DNA of 64,000 bases from Candidatus Woesearchaeota archaeon (GTDB taxonomy: Archaea > Nanobdellota > Nanobdellia > Woesearchaeales > JACJVW01), in the NCBI GenBank assembly GCA_020637435.1, contig JACJVW010000002.1, forward strand, positions 75,715 through 139,714. Direction: 5' to 3'. The notes beneath the pieces are model-generated. The model was not told the origin of the DNA. It saw nothing but the letters and a program-made list of their open reading frames with translations, and ran no database searches. Positions within the stretch are counted from its first letter, which is position 1. Each line of letters begins with the position of its first letter. Shown in pieces: positions 53,899 through 63,969 of the stretch. The translations under genes were made by a program, and so were the position numbers.

Positions 53899-54566
53899 TG
53901 CATTTTAAGCACATTGCACTGGCACTAAGCCTGCTTGCAGAGACTGCCTACACTTGCCCTGACATGATAGCAAGAGTTCCAAAGCAAGCAATTCAACAGA
54001 ATCCTCAGATTACAGAGTATGCTCAAATCCCCTCTCACCTCCTAAACAAAAAAACGGAAGATGATGAGATGCTGCCCGCAGGATTCAGTTACGGAACAAA
54101 TTGCATTAAGATATATCGGTACAGCGACGCCCAACCTCTTGAAATAATCATAGGAGAAGATGCTGCGAAGAAACTGCACGCATACGTACAACTTCACGAT
54201 ATAGCACCAGCATACGCATCAACGAGGAGAAGACTTGGAGGAGACGTAGGCTATTCATCATTTGGACCGGTAACTCGAATAGGCATACAAAGTGAACACC
54301 GCGACAGCAATGGCAATACTTCTTATGACGATTTCTACATAGGTCATCTTCGTGGACCTTACGCACAAGCATCAAAAAAAGTGAATGGAGGTACAGCTTC
54401 CTTTGGATTCAATGATGAAATGCATGGGGGAGCTTTTGCAGGTTACATACTGAATAACGAAGGTAAAATGCCTGATCTGGGAATAAGTGTTTCACCTGAA
54501 CGTATCCTTCCCGATGTAAGATTTAAGCCACTCAGTTTGGAGGATAGAACCAATGAGTTCCAATAA
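53898..54566 (+). CDS. Secreted Gly-rich beta protein (hypothetical)
   Basis: 222 aa with the signal-like N-terminus HIALALSLLAETAYT. Its start overlaps the upstream stop by 1 nt. Confidence 0.45.
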   Translation: MHFKHIALALSLLAETAYTCPDMIARVPKQAIQQNPQITEYAQIPSHLLNKKTEDDEMLPAGFSYGTNCIKIYRYSDAQPLEIIIGEDAAKKLHAYVQLHDIAPAYASTRRRLGGDVGYSSFGPVTRIGIQSEHRDSNGNTSYDDFYIGHLRGPYAQASKKVNGGTASFGFNDEMHGGAFAGYILNNEGKMPDLGISVSPERILPDVRFKPLSLEDRTNEFQ

Positions 54567-56508
54567 TCCCCTTGACTGGGAAGATAGGCTGCACAGTGAA
54601 ATTGACAGCATAGTCAGAAATCACTATTGGGAAATTGACCAGCCAAGCATCAACTTCCGTAATATCGGAAAATACATTCGCCCTTTCCTTTTAGCCATTC
54701 CCCTAAGCCTTGCCTATGTGAAGGACTTAGATCAAGAACCAATCACACCTATCCAGCTACCACAACAGATTGAGCAAATAGTTAGCAGTATTCGAACCCA
54801 CAGTAATTCAATGCCTATTCTTAAAGGAACCACATACACCTCAGTAGCTCAGAAACTGAAGGGAATGGGTTTTAGCAAAGAAGCATCAATCTGCGATATC
54901 GTTCAACAACTTACGGATGACAACTCCTATGATCCCAGCAATCTCCCCCCCCATAAGTACATTAATGTAAGTTCTGTTGTTCGGGACAAAGTAGAAAAGC
55001 ATCAATCATGTCAATCAGTACCAGCAGCAGTACAACCACATCCGTCATCAAGCGGTATAACAGATGATATACTCACCGCGCTTCTAAATCATGATACGCA
55101 AGCCATCCAGTCACAGTATGAGCTGCTACTTCATGCTCCGCAAAGAACTGAACAAGACACAACTGTACTAAAATATGCATTGTTACATCTCCATTCGCCA
55201 AAGCGTGACGAACTCATTACTGCAAAAAATATTGATGAGGTACAATCAATTGCAGACAACCATCTCTATACACTCATTAACCAAGCTGGAGATACCGCAG
55301 CATACAACAAAGCTGTAGATTTTCTTAATAATCTTAAAACCATTACCATCGCAAGTACCATTGGCAACGGAATTTCACTGCCAGTGGTTGGTGCCTGGTC
55401 AGTCATAGAATACATGGCATACCAGGAAGCGGATAAATACCTTACAAAAGATGAACAGATTCAGATGTCCTATGCTCAAACCTATCTCAGGTTTTACCCT
55501 CAAGGGATACATAGTGATGAAGTACGAACAATAACGCACAGACTTTCAGATAAGCACATGAACGGTATCATCAAAGATGCTCACAGCACAATCGAAAGCC
55601 TATTACAGGAAGACAACCATACCAAGGCAGCAGAAGTTAGGGATACTACCTTGCATCGACTTGGAAAACTAAGCAGCCTCTATCAATCAAACACGCAAAG
55701 CATAGATGATTTTGCGAAAATATCAGGCACAGCTATTGAATTGGTGGAGCAGGGTAACTTTGAGATTGCCTCTGACATAGACCACACCAAACCTACCTTG
55801 ACTACAGTTGAAAACGGAAACCTGAAAGCTCAATATGAGAACGCAAAATCAACTCTTGAAGACATTACTCTAAAGCGTGAACTCTCCTACATGACCAAAG
55901 GCTTCGACACATTTGACTTCGCCAGATTCATGGCATTCGCAGCAGCAAATGACGCAAACATGATATTGGACGCGGCGACAATTGCAGGTTCAAACTATGC
56001 TCTGAACCGTTTCTCAGGAAACGGACCACTAACAGTTGAAGAAAGAGAATACCTCAATGCAGGTCACCTCCTTGTACGTTACCACCAGGACACCATGTCT
56101 GCAGAAGAAAGGGACAAGGTTAGAGTCGAGATGGGCGAAGTGCTGCGTGAAAGAGGAAGGTTCCACAGTGCATACAAAGTGCATGATCAAATCGAGAGTC
56201 AAGATCTTAAAAATCAGCAAGTAGAATTAACTCAAAATAGTGTCCACGATGCAATGTACCAGAGAACTATGGATCTTGCTGAATCACAACCAGACGCGGC
56301 AATACCTGTTATCCGCAACCTTATTGACATCGATGAACGAAGAGATACTCAAATAGATGCAAGGATAAAACTTGCAGAACTCTACAGGGACCTTGGGTTC
56401 TATCACGAGCAGAAACAGGTAGTCGCTGAGCTAAAGCAGTACGATATGGGCTTCAATATCTTTCGCAGGTTGAGAATGTCCAACCTCACTCCATCCCAAG
56501 ACCTTTAA
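54553..56508 (+). CDS. Large helical hypothetical protein (651 aa)
   Basis: It overlaps the upstream gene by 14 nt. It has one hydrophobic segment near the N-terminus (YIRPFLLAIPLSLAYV) and a helical-repeat-like remainder. Confidence 0.5.
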   Translation: MSSNNPLDWEDRLHSEIDSIVRNHYWEIDQPSINFRNIGKYIRPFLLAIPLSLAYVKDLDQEPITPIQLPQQIEQIVSSIRTHSNSMPILKGTTYTSVAQKLKGMGFSKEASICDIVQQLTDDNSYDPSNLPPHKYINVSSVVRDKVEKHQSCQSVPAAVQPHPSSSGITDDILTALLNHDTQAIQSQYELLLHAPQRTEQDTTVLKYALLHLHSPKRDELITAKNIDEVQSIADNHLYTLINQAGDTAAYNKAVDFLNNLKTITIASTIGNGISLPVVGAWSVIEYMAYQEADKYLTKDEQIQMSYAQTYLRFYPQGIHSDEVRTITHRLSDKHMNGIIKDAHSTIESLLQEDNHTKAAEVRDTTLHRLGKLSSLYQSNTQSIDDFAKISGTAIELVEQGNFEIASDIDHTKPTLTTVENGNLKAQYENAKSTLEDITLKRELSYMTKGFDTFDFARFMAFAAANDANMILDAATIAGSNYALNRFSGNGPLTVEEREYLNAGHLLVRYHQDTMSAEERDKVRVEMGEVLRERGRFHSAYKVHDQIESQDLKNQQVELTQNSVHDAMYQRTMDLAESQPDAAIPVIRNLIDIDERRDTQIDARIKLAELYRDLGFYHEQKQVVAELKQYDMGFNIFRRLRMSNLTPSQDL

Positions 56509-58507
56509 GGATAGTATTCTTATCGAAGGGTTCAAGATCGTCATACTCCTGACCTGTACCTATGTAGATTATCGGTTTCTTGGTTACATAAGAAACAGAC
56601 ACTGCAGCACCACCCTTTTCATCTATATCAGTTTTCGATAGAATGATCGCATCAATACCGACAGCTTCATTGAATTCTTTAGCCTGTTCCACACAATCAT
56701 TCCCGGTAATTGACTCTCCTACAAATATTTTCATATCAGGTTTTGCTACACGTATGAGCTTCTGTAATTCTGCAAGCAAATTTTTGTTGCTATGCAGTCG
56801 CCCTGCAGTATCGATAAGAACCACGTCCTTACCTTTTGCCTCCGCATGCTTGATCGCATCGAATGCAACAGCGGCTGCATCCGTACCGTAGTCCTGTTTG
56901 ATTATTTTCACACCAAGTTTATTTGCATGAAGCTCCAGCTGATCGATCGCAGCTGCTCTGAATGTATCAGCTGCTGCTAGCACAACAGATTTACCCTGCT
57001 TCTGCAGCATGTGAGCAAATTTCGCAATACTTGTTGTCTTCCCACTTCCATTTATACCAATAAAGCATATTATAAACGGTTTCTTTGTACCTATTTTAGC
57101 CATGACATCTTCGTCAGGTTCAAGCAAGACTTCCCTGATGCTTCGCTCAAGAGTCTCCATGATCGTGCTTTCAATCTTGTTCCTTGGCAGAGGCTTATCA
57201 ACAAGCTCAAGAGCAAGGTCATCTTTGATCTTATCTATTACTTCAACAGCGATATTATTCTCAAGCAAAGTCATCTCAAGCTCCCAGAAAAGGTCATCGA
57301 ATTTCTGTCGTGATATTTTCTTAGAGACGATGCTCTGAGCAACTTTTTCAAAGAAACCTTTGGGCTCTTGCTCCTTTTGAACAATAGGTGTAGCTCCTTC
57401 TGCACGTGTAATAGCTTCCTTCTCAACTTCATGAACAACAGTTGCTTGAGGCTGGAGAGATGGTTGTGAGGTGGCAGTTGATTGAGTTGTTACCGATGAC
57501 GTGATAGATTCCTTTTCTTCCTCGTGCACCGGTTTTGGTTCTTCAGGTTCTTTGGATGCCTTTTCTGTATCTTCATCAGATAAAGATGGTTCTTCCTTCG
57601 TTATAGGAGGAGGCGGAATCTCTTGTGGAACTTCTTCCTTCTTTCCCGTAAAGACTTCAGCAAGCTTGGACATGAAACTCTTTTTCTTCACTACAGGTGC
57701 TTCGATCTCTTCTTCAAATTCATCAGGAGACTCTGCTGAGGCTTTACGTTCAGGCTCAGCTGCTTCCACCTTTTGGACCGGTGCTTTATGTTCTTCATAT
57801 ACAGGTTCTTCCTGAGCTTCTGTTGATTGCTTCGATTCAGGAACCACATCAACTTGTGAGTCTTTCTTATCAGGAGAACTTTCTTTGGCAATAGTGCGGA
57901 TCTCCTCCTTTGGTTTTTCAGCCGATGTTTTACCCCCAGCATCTGCCTGCTTCGTCTCATCTGACGGAGGAGTTCTCTTTGCAGGAGTAGCTCCATCCTT
58001 CTTTGTAACACTCTGCTTAGGTTTCTTCTTTAGTGAAGGAGGCAAAACTTTCTCTTGCTTGCTAAGCTCAGGTTCTGATACATCAGTTGAAAACTTTGAT
58101 ATATTCTCTACTGCCTTTTCTGGAACTTCAACAGGAGTCAATCCAGGAACTTCATTTGATACTTCTTCCTTCAAAACCTCTTTATCTTTACCAGAAAAGT
58201 CCTCTGATTCTGCCAGAACTGCTTTGGGTTCCTCAAAAACTGCTTTAGGTCTTTCTAAAACATCCTTGATTTCAGATTTTTCAGTAGTATCATCTTCCTT
58301 AGAGACTTCCTCAGCGTCTTTAGAGGTCTCCTCTTCATCCTTAAGTAGTTCCTCTGCTTCTGTGGATATTTGGGCTTCCAAAGACTCCTTCTCTTCTGTT
58401 TTAGATGTCTTTGGCTCTTGAGGAGGAAGCTCTTCAGCCTCTTCATCAACCTTCTTTGAGAATATAGAGAGTGATTGCTTGAGTTTATCTTTTAGGAATT
58501 TGAACAT
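56486..58507 (-). CDS. ftsY: Signal recognition particle receptor FtsY with a ~360-aa acidic N-terminal extension
   Basis: C-terminal NG domain: GINGSGKTTSIAK (G1), DTAGRLH (G3), LSKTDID (G4). The N-terminal 380 aa are E/K/P/S-rich. Confidence 0.9.
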   Translation of the reverse strand: MFKFLKDKLKQSLSIFSKKVDEEAEELPPQEPKTSKTEEKESLEAQISTEAEELLKDEEETSKDAEEVSKEDDTTEKSEIKDVLERPKAVFEEPKAVLAESEDFSGKDKEVLKEEVSNEVPGLTPVEVPEKAVENISKFSTDVSEPELSKQEKVLPPSLKKKPKQSVTKKDGATPAKRTPPSDETKQADAGGKTSAEKPKEEIRTIAKESSPDKKDSQVDVVPESKQSTEAQEEPVYEEHKAPVQKVEAAEPERKASAESPDEFEEEIEAPVVKKKSFMSKLAEVFTGKKEEVPQEIPPPPITKEEPSLSDEDTEKASKEPEEPKPVHEEEKESITSSVTTQSTATSQPSLQPQATVVHEVEKEAITRAEGATPIVQKEQEPKGFFEKVAQSIVSKKISRQKFDDLFWELEMTLLENNIAVEVIDKIKDDLALELVDKPLPRNKIESTIMETLERSIREVLLEPDEDVMAKIGTKKPFIICFIGINGSGKTTSIAKFAHMLQKQGKSVVLAAADTFRAAAIDQLELHANKLGVKIIKQDYGTDAAAVAFDAIKHAEAKGKDVVLIDTAGRLHSNKNLLAELQKLIRVAKPDMKIFVGESITGNDCVEQAKEFNEAVGIDAIILSKTDIDEKGGAAVSVSYVTKKPIIYIGTGQEYDDLEPFDKNTILKGLGME

Positions 58508-58929
58508 TACGACACCTCTTTATCGTGCGCTTTGAGAATCTTCGAAGCGCTCTTCTGCGTATGAAAAAGACGATTTTCAGTCTCATCATGAAGCGCCTGC
58601 AGCTGTTGCTGATAGCCTGCAAGCTCTTTGGACTGATGTTCCAGGAGTCGCTGCATATCTTCATACGACTTTTCAGACGCGGATGACGCACCAATGTTGA
58701 CGATGAATCTGCTGCTGTCCTCAACTTTTGCCTTGATAAAGATACCGTTCGATACCGGAACGAGAATCTCATCTCCTGTATGAAGACTTTTTGTCTCATC
58801 CAATATGTTGACCACCTTGTGAAGCTCAATGATCTGGTCCTCAACCTTTAGCACTTCTTCCTTGATCTGCTTCAACTGCTTCTCAAGATTCTGCAACTCA
58901 AAGAATTTTTGCTTGAAAACATCTTCCAT
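58507..58929 (-). CDS. pfdA: Prefoldin alpha subunit
   Basis: 140 aa with a coiled coil, two beta hairpins (ILVPVSNGIFIKAKV...FIVNIGAS) and a second coiled coil. The pfdA-ftsY adjacency is a conserved archaeal arrangement. A TTTTAAAG box starts 30 nt upstream of the ATG. Confidence 0.75.
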   Translation of the reverse strand: MEDVFKQKFFELQNLEKQLKQIKEEVLKVEDQIIELHKVVNILDETKSLHTGDEILVPVSNGIFIKAKVEDSSRFIVNIGASSASEKSYEDMQRLLEHQSKELAGYQQQLQALHDETENRLFHTQKSASKILKAHDKEVS

Positions 58930-59043
58930 AACGCTTAGAACATAATTATTGCTTTAAAATATTAACTGAATTGAAGGAAGAAAATTTTATATATTATAGA
59001 ATATATATGTTAATCATCTGAATAGATGTAGGTATGGGGGGCT

Positions 59044-59952
59044 ATGAAAAGAAAGATTGTACTGCATGGGAAAACTTCTTTGACCATCTCATTGCCGATC
59101 AAATGGTGCAACAAATTTCATCTGGACAGAGGGGATGAGGTCGATGTCACAGAGAATGGGAATACACTGATAGTGACGACAGAGAAAGATATGGAGGCCT
59201 CATCGACAGTTATCGATATCTCAAACTGCGACTCAACACTGCACAAAATTATCGGCTCTGCGTATAAATGTGGTTACGACGAGATAAAAGTGAAGTTTAG
59301 TTCTCCACAACAGCTAGAAAGGATCAAAGAGATGATTGGCAAGCAGTGCATAGGTTTCGAAGTCATTGAGGAAAAAGCCCATATTCTCATTGCCAGGAAC
59401 ATCTCCATCATAGAGCATGATCAGTTTGCATCAATGCTAAAAAGACTCTTCCAGATGGTTCTTACGATAGGCGAAGATGCATGCGATGCGATAGAAAGGA
59501 AAGACCGTATGCAACTCAAACAGATAATCCAAAGGGACAAAAGCATCAATAAGATGACTGACTTCTGCCGCAGGTCTCTAAATAAGAGAGATGAAATCGG
59601 CTTTGAACGTTCAAAATCGGTCTATTACATCATCGAGCAGCTTGAGAAGATAGCTGATGTGTATAAAGAGATTTGTGAATACATCTATAAGAAAAACCTC
59701 AGTGCCAGACCAGAGTGCATCAGTACCTTAAGATCGATAAATGGGCTGATGCGGGACTTCTATAATATGTTCTACAAATTCAAGCTCGAGGACATAGGAG
59801 CGTTTGACAAACGCAGAAAAGAGCTCGTTGAACAGACAATCATGCTTCTGGAGTCAGCCAACAAAGACCAGCTGCGCATCGCTCTTTACTTCAACAATCT
59901 CATCTATCACATCTATGGTATGAACGGTTCGCTGCTTATAATAAATGTATAG
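59044..59952 (+). CDS. AbrB/SpoVT-domain plus PhoU-domain regulator (archaeal PhoU-like)
   Basis: The N-terminal KIVLHGKTSLTISLPIKWCNKFHLDRGDEVDV is a swapped-hairpin AbrB motif. The C-terminal ~200 aa are helical and PhoU-like. Confidence 0.65.
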   Translation: MKRKIVLHGKTSLTISLPIKWCNKFHLDRGDEVDVTENGNTLIVTTEKDMEASSTVIDISNCDSTLHKIIGSAYKCGYDEIKVKFSSPQQLERIKEMIGKQCIGFEVIEEKAHILIARNISIIEHDQFASMLKRLFQMVLTIGEDACDAIERKDRMQLKQIIQRDKSINKMTDFCRRSLNKRDEIGFERSKSVYYIIEQLEKIADVYKEICEYIYKKNLSARPECISTLRSINGLMRDFYNMFYKFKLEDIGAFDKRRKELVEQTIMLLESANKDQLRIALYFNNLIYHIYGMNGSLLIINV

Positions 59953-59967
59953 ACCAAAAGTAACAGT

Positions 59968-60576
59968 CTAGCTTATCATCACCAGCATGAACTGAAGCAG
60001 ATTTGCCAATAAATGCGCGACCATCGGATACACCAAAGAAGCCTTTTCCTTATTTCTCATCAAGTGACCCACAAGGTAGCCGAATACAAGATAACCTATG
60101 AAGAATCTGATGTCAAGCCTGAAATGAACGATAGCGAATACCAGCGCCTGGATACCGTTCGCAAGATGGAAGGGCATCATAGTCCTGCCAAACGATAGCA
60201 GCATCCCACGAAATACATATTCTTCAAGAAGACTTGCGACAATAAGCAGGATTGTGAAGATGATGAGAGGACCTTTATCCAATTCCCCCAAAAAGTAGAA
60301 ACCAGAGACAAAACCAAGCAAAAGCGCTATACTGAAGAGATTAAGGCTGAATGGATGTTCAAAAAAAGGCACTTCCAGATTATATGTCTTTACGACCACA
60401 TAACCAAAGATGAACAGAAATGCCATGGAGAAGATATTTAGCGTCATCTGGGACACTGGAGCTCCGAGCCATACAGCGTAATAGTGACCGATGATGGGCA
60501 TGATGATGATGAATATCGTACCAAGGATCGCCATCGCGTACCCAAATCCAATATGTGACTTTAAAGATGCAGCCAT
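59968..60576 (-). CDS. CPBP family intramembrane glutamic endopeptidase (CAAX/Abi)
   Basis: Motifs EEYVFRG, FAIVHF and HLLANL sit in TM helices. Confidence 0.75.
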   Translation of the reverse strand: MAASLKSHIGFGYAMAILGTIFIIIMPIIGHYYAVWLGAPVSQMTLNIFSMAFLFIFGYVVVKTYNLEVPFFEHPFSLNLFSIALLLGFVSGFYFLGELDKGPLIIFTILLIVASLLEEYVFRGMLLSFGRTMMPFHLANGIQALVFAIVHFRLDIRFFIGYLVFGYLVGHLMRNKEKASLVYPMVAHLLANLLQFMLVMIS

Positions 60577-61022
60577 GTATCGATCTCCTTCGCTATAGTC
60601 TTCATATCCTCTGTAGTCCTCTTTATATCTTTCTCTATCTCCTCGATGAGATACCTAAGACTCTCAGCCCGAAGCGCATATCCCCTTCCTTTATGCACAA
60701 CGATGCCTGACTGCAGAAGTTTAAGCAGATGATGGTTCACCGTACCTCTTGAAAGCTTAAGTTGTGCAGCAAGCTCGTCTGAAGTCAGAGACTCCCTGTT
60801 CTTCGCTGCCTTGAGCAGAAGGATGAATAGACGAAAGTTAGAGCGTTCCTTGTCCCGCTTTGAAAAAAGACCAAGCGAGATAGCTATCCACTGCAACTGG
60901 TCATTAATATTACCCGACCTTGGTCGGGGCTCGTGCACAATGGTTGCCCGGTAATCCATAATGCCCTCATGGGAAAAGAGGTATTTAATCATTTCGACGT
61001 TTTCAACTAAATTAAAAAGCAT
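60561..61022 (-). CDS. Winged-helix (ArsR-like) transcriptional regulator
   Basis: LTSDELAAQLKLSRGTVNHHLLKLLQSGIVVHKGRGY is an HTH plus wing. It overlaps the CPBP gene by 16 nt and is divergent from groES. Confidence 0.65.
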   Translation of the reverse strand: MLFNLVENVEMIKYLFSHEGIMDYRATIVHEPRPRSGNINDQLQWIAISLGLFSKRDKERSNFRLFILLLKAAKNRESLTSDELAAQLKLSRGTVNHHLLKLLQSGIVVHKGRGYALRAESLRYLIEEIEKDIKRTTEDMKTIAKEIDTWLHL

Positions 61023-61026
61023 CTAG

Positions 61027-61074
61027 TCTCGCCATAGGCGACTTTAGCTCGCCAGTTACATAAAGCTTATAAAG
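61027..61074 (+). promoter_or_regulatory. groES promoter region with a repeated CTCGCCA motif and a TATA box
   Basis: CTCGCCA occurs at 61029-61035 and 61049-61055, a 20-nt phase. The palindrome TCGCC-ATA-GGCGA lies at 61028-61040. TTATAAAG at 61067-61074 and GGGAGG Shine-Dalgarno at 61106-61111. Confidence 0.45.
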
Positions 61075-61118
61075 AAAGAATTTTTTCAGCAATAACACCT
61101 TATTAGGGAGGTTAGATC

Positions 61119-63025
<1,907 letters not shown>

Positions 63026-63036
63026 AACACTTCGTA

Positions 63037-63141
63037 GCACAAATGTACGAAAAATGATTTTGACCAAACCATGGGATGGAGGAAATTTAAGCAATCAGCT
63101 TGAAGAGAAACTTCCGGTTTGGTCAAAACAAGCATTTGTGC
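63037..63141 (+). repeat. Structured repeat unit 1 (long imperfect hairpin)
   Basis: GCACAAATG (63037-63045) pairs with CATTTGTGC (63133-63141). TTTTGACCAAACC (63058-63070) pairs with GGTTTGGTCAAAA (63116-63128). Confidence 0.7.
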
Positions 63142-63170
63142 GCAGAAGTGTTTCAAAGAAGTACTCAAGG

Positions 63171-63266
63171 CCCCAATGTACGAAATAAAATTTTGACCAC
63201 CAAGGGTTGTGCTGTAACCCATCAAAAAGGTGAAGCAACACTCGGTGGTCAAAAGGGGCATTGGGG
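63171..63266 (+). repeat. Structured repeat unit 2 (homolog of unit 1 with compensatory stem changes)
   Basis: CCCCAATG (63171-63178) pairs with CATTGGGG (63259-63266). TTTTGACCACC (63191-63201) pairs with GGTGGTCAAAA (63244-63254). The internal ATGTACGAAA..TTTTGACCA is shared with unit 1. Confidence 0.7.
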
Positions 63267-63296
63267 TCGAAAAGTACTTCCCAACGACATTTCGTA

Positions 63297-63323
63297 GCAC
63301 AAATGTAATTTAAGCATTTGTGC
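63297..63323 (+). repeat. Mini repeat unit 3: perfect 9-N9-9 palindrome
   Basis: GCACAAATG-TAATTTAAG-CATTTGTGC. Its flanks repeat the unit 1 flanks (TTCGTAGCACAAATGTA is exact at 63031 and 63291; GCATTTGTGCG.AGAAGTGTT occurs at 63132 and 63314). Confidence 0.75.
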
Positions 63324-63459
63324 GAAGAAGTGTTGTACAAAGATGAGCAATACATTTTAACGAATGAACGATAAGGAATCTTGACCTAACGTAATCCCTT
63401 ATCTTTCTTTTTTTATATTGTTTTGAATGTCATTCGTAAAAGTGTTTCAAGGTGATACA

Positions 63460-63969
63460 ATGACACATGCGCACAAAATGCACGGCAAGCACCCAGAGCA
63501 GGATCAGTCCGTAAAAGAAGAAATAGAAGAAAAAGTCGAAGAACTACCAGTTGAGAAGACAAAGGAAGAAGAGCTCACGGAATCACTGCAAAGGCTTCAA
63601 GCAGAATTTGAGAACTACAGGAGGCGAGTGCAGCAGGAGATGAATGACAGTGTCAAGTTCGCTTCAGTACAGCTCATAAAAAAATTGCTGCCCATAGTGG
63701 ATTCGATAGAGCATGCAAAAGTCTCAGAAAAAGATGACAAAGAATACGCAAAAGGCGCGCGTCACATCTTTCAACAGCTCAATGATGTACTAAAGAAAGA
63801 AGGGCTGCAGAAGATAAACGAGACAGGTGTCAAATTCAATCCGTACATCCACCAGGCGCTTATCACTGAAGAAGCAGATGAGAAAGATATCATCCTGCAG
63901 ATACTGCAGCCAGGATACAAAGTGCATGATAAAGTCATTGAGCACGCTAAGGTGAAAGTATCGAAATGA
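63460..63969 (+). CDS. grpE: Nucleotide exchange factor GrpE
   Basis: LQRLQAEFENYRRRVQQE...LLPIVDSIEHA...PGYKVHDKVIEHAKVKV. I prefer the ATG at 63460 (AGGTGA Shine-Dalgarno at 63449-63454, TTTATATT at 63412-63419). The track ORF starts at 63427. Confidence 0.85.
   Translation: MTHAHKMHGKHPEQDQSVKEEIEEKVEELPVEKTKEEELTESLQRLQAEFENYRRRVQQEMNDSVKFASVQLIKKLLPIVDSIEHAKVSEKDDKEYAKGARHIFQQLNDVLKKEGLQKINETGVKFNPYIHQALITEEADEKDIILQILQPGYKVHDKVIEHAKVKVSK

Noticed and set aside
57885-58421. 178-aa plus-strand ORF, together with 57501-57815 (+) and 57691-58011 (-), within the ftsY N-terminal region.
   Set aside because: These lie antisense to, or (57691-58011) in an alternative frame of, the E/K-rich low-complexity part of ftsY. 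They are S/F/L-rich translations produced by GAA/AAG codon bias, with no start context or motif.
63028-63335. Possibility that the repeats are a small CRISPR array.
   Set aside because: The units are not identical direct repeats with regular spacers. They are long inverted-repeat hairpins of different lengths (105, 96 and 27 nt), and no cas genes are present.
63095-63355. ORFs of 86 aa (-) and 65 aa (+) in the groEL-grpE spacer.
   Set aside because: They run through the hairpin repeats, have no start context and give odd compositions. The region is better explained as structured non-coding DNA or RNA.
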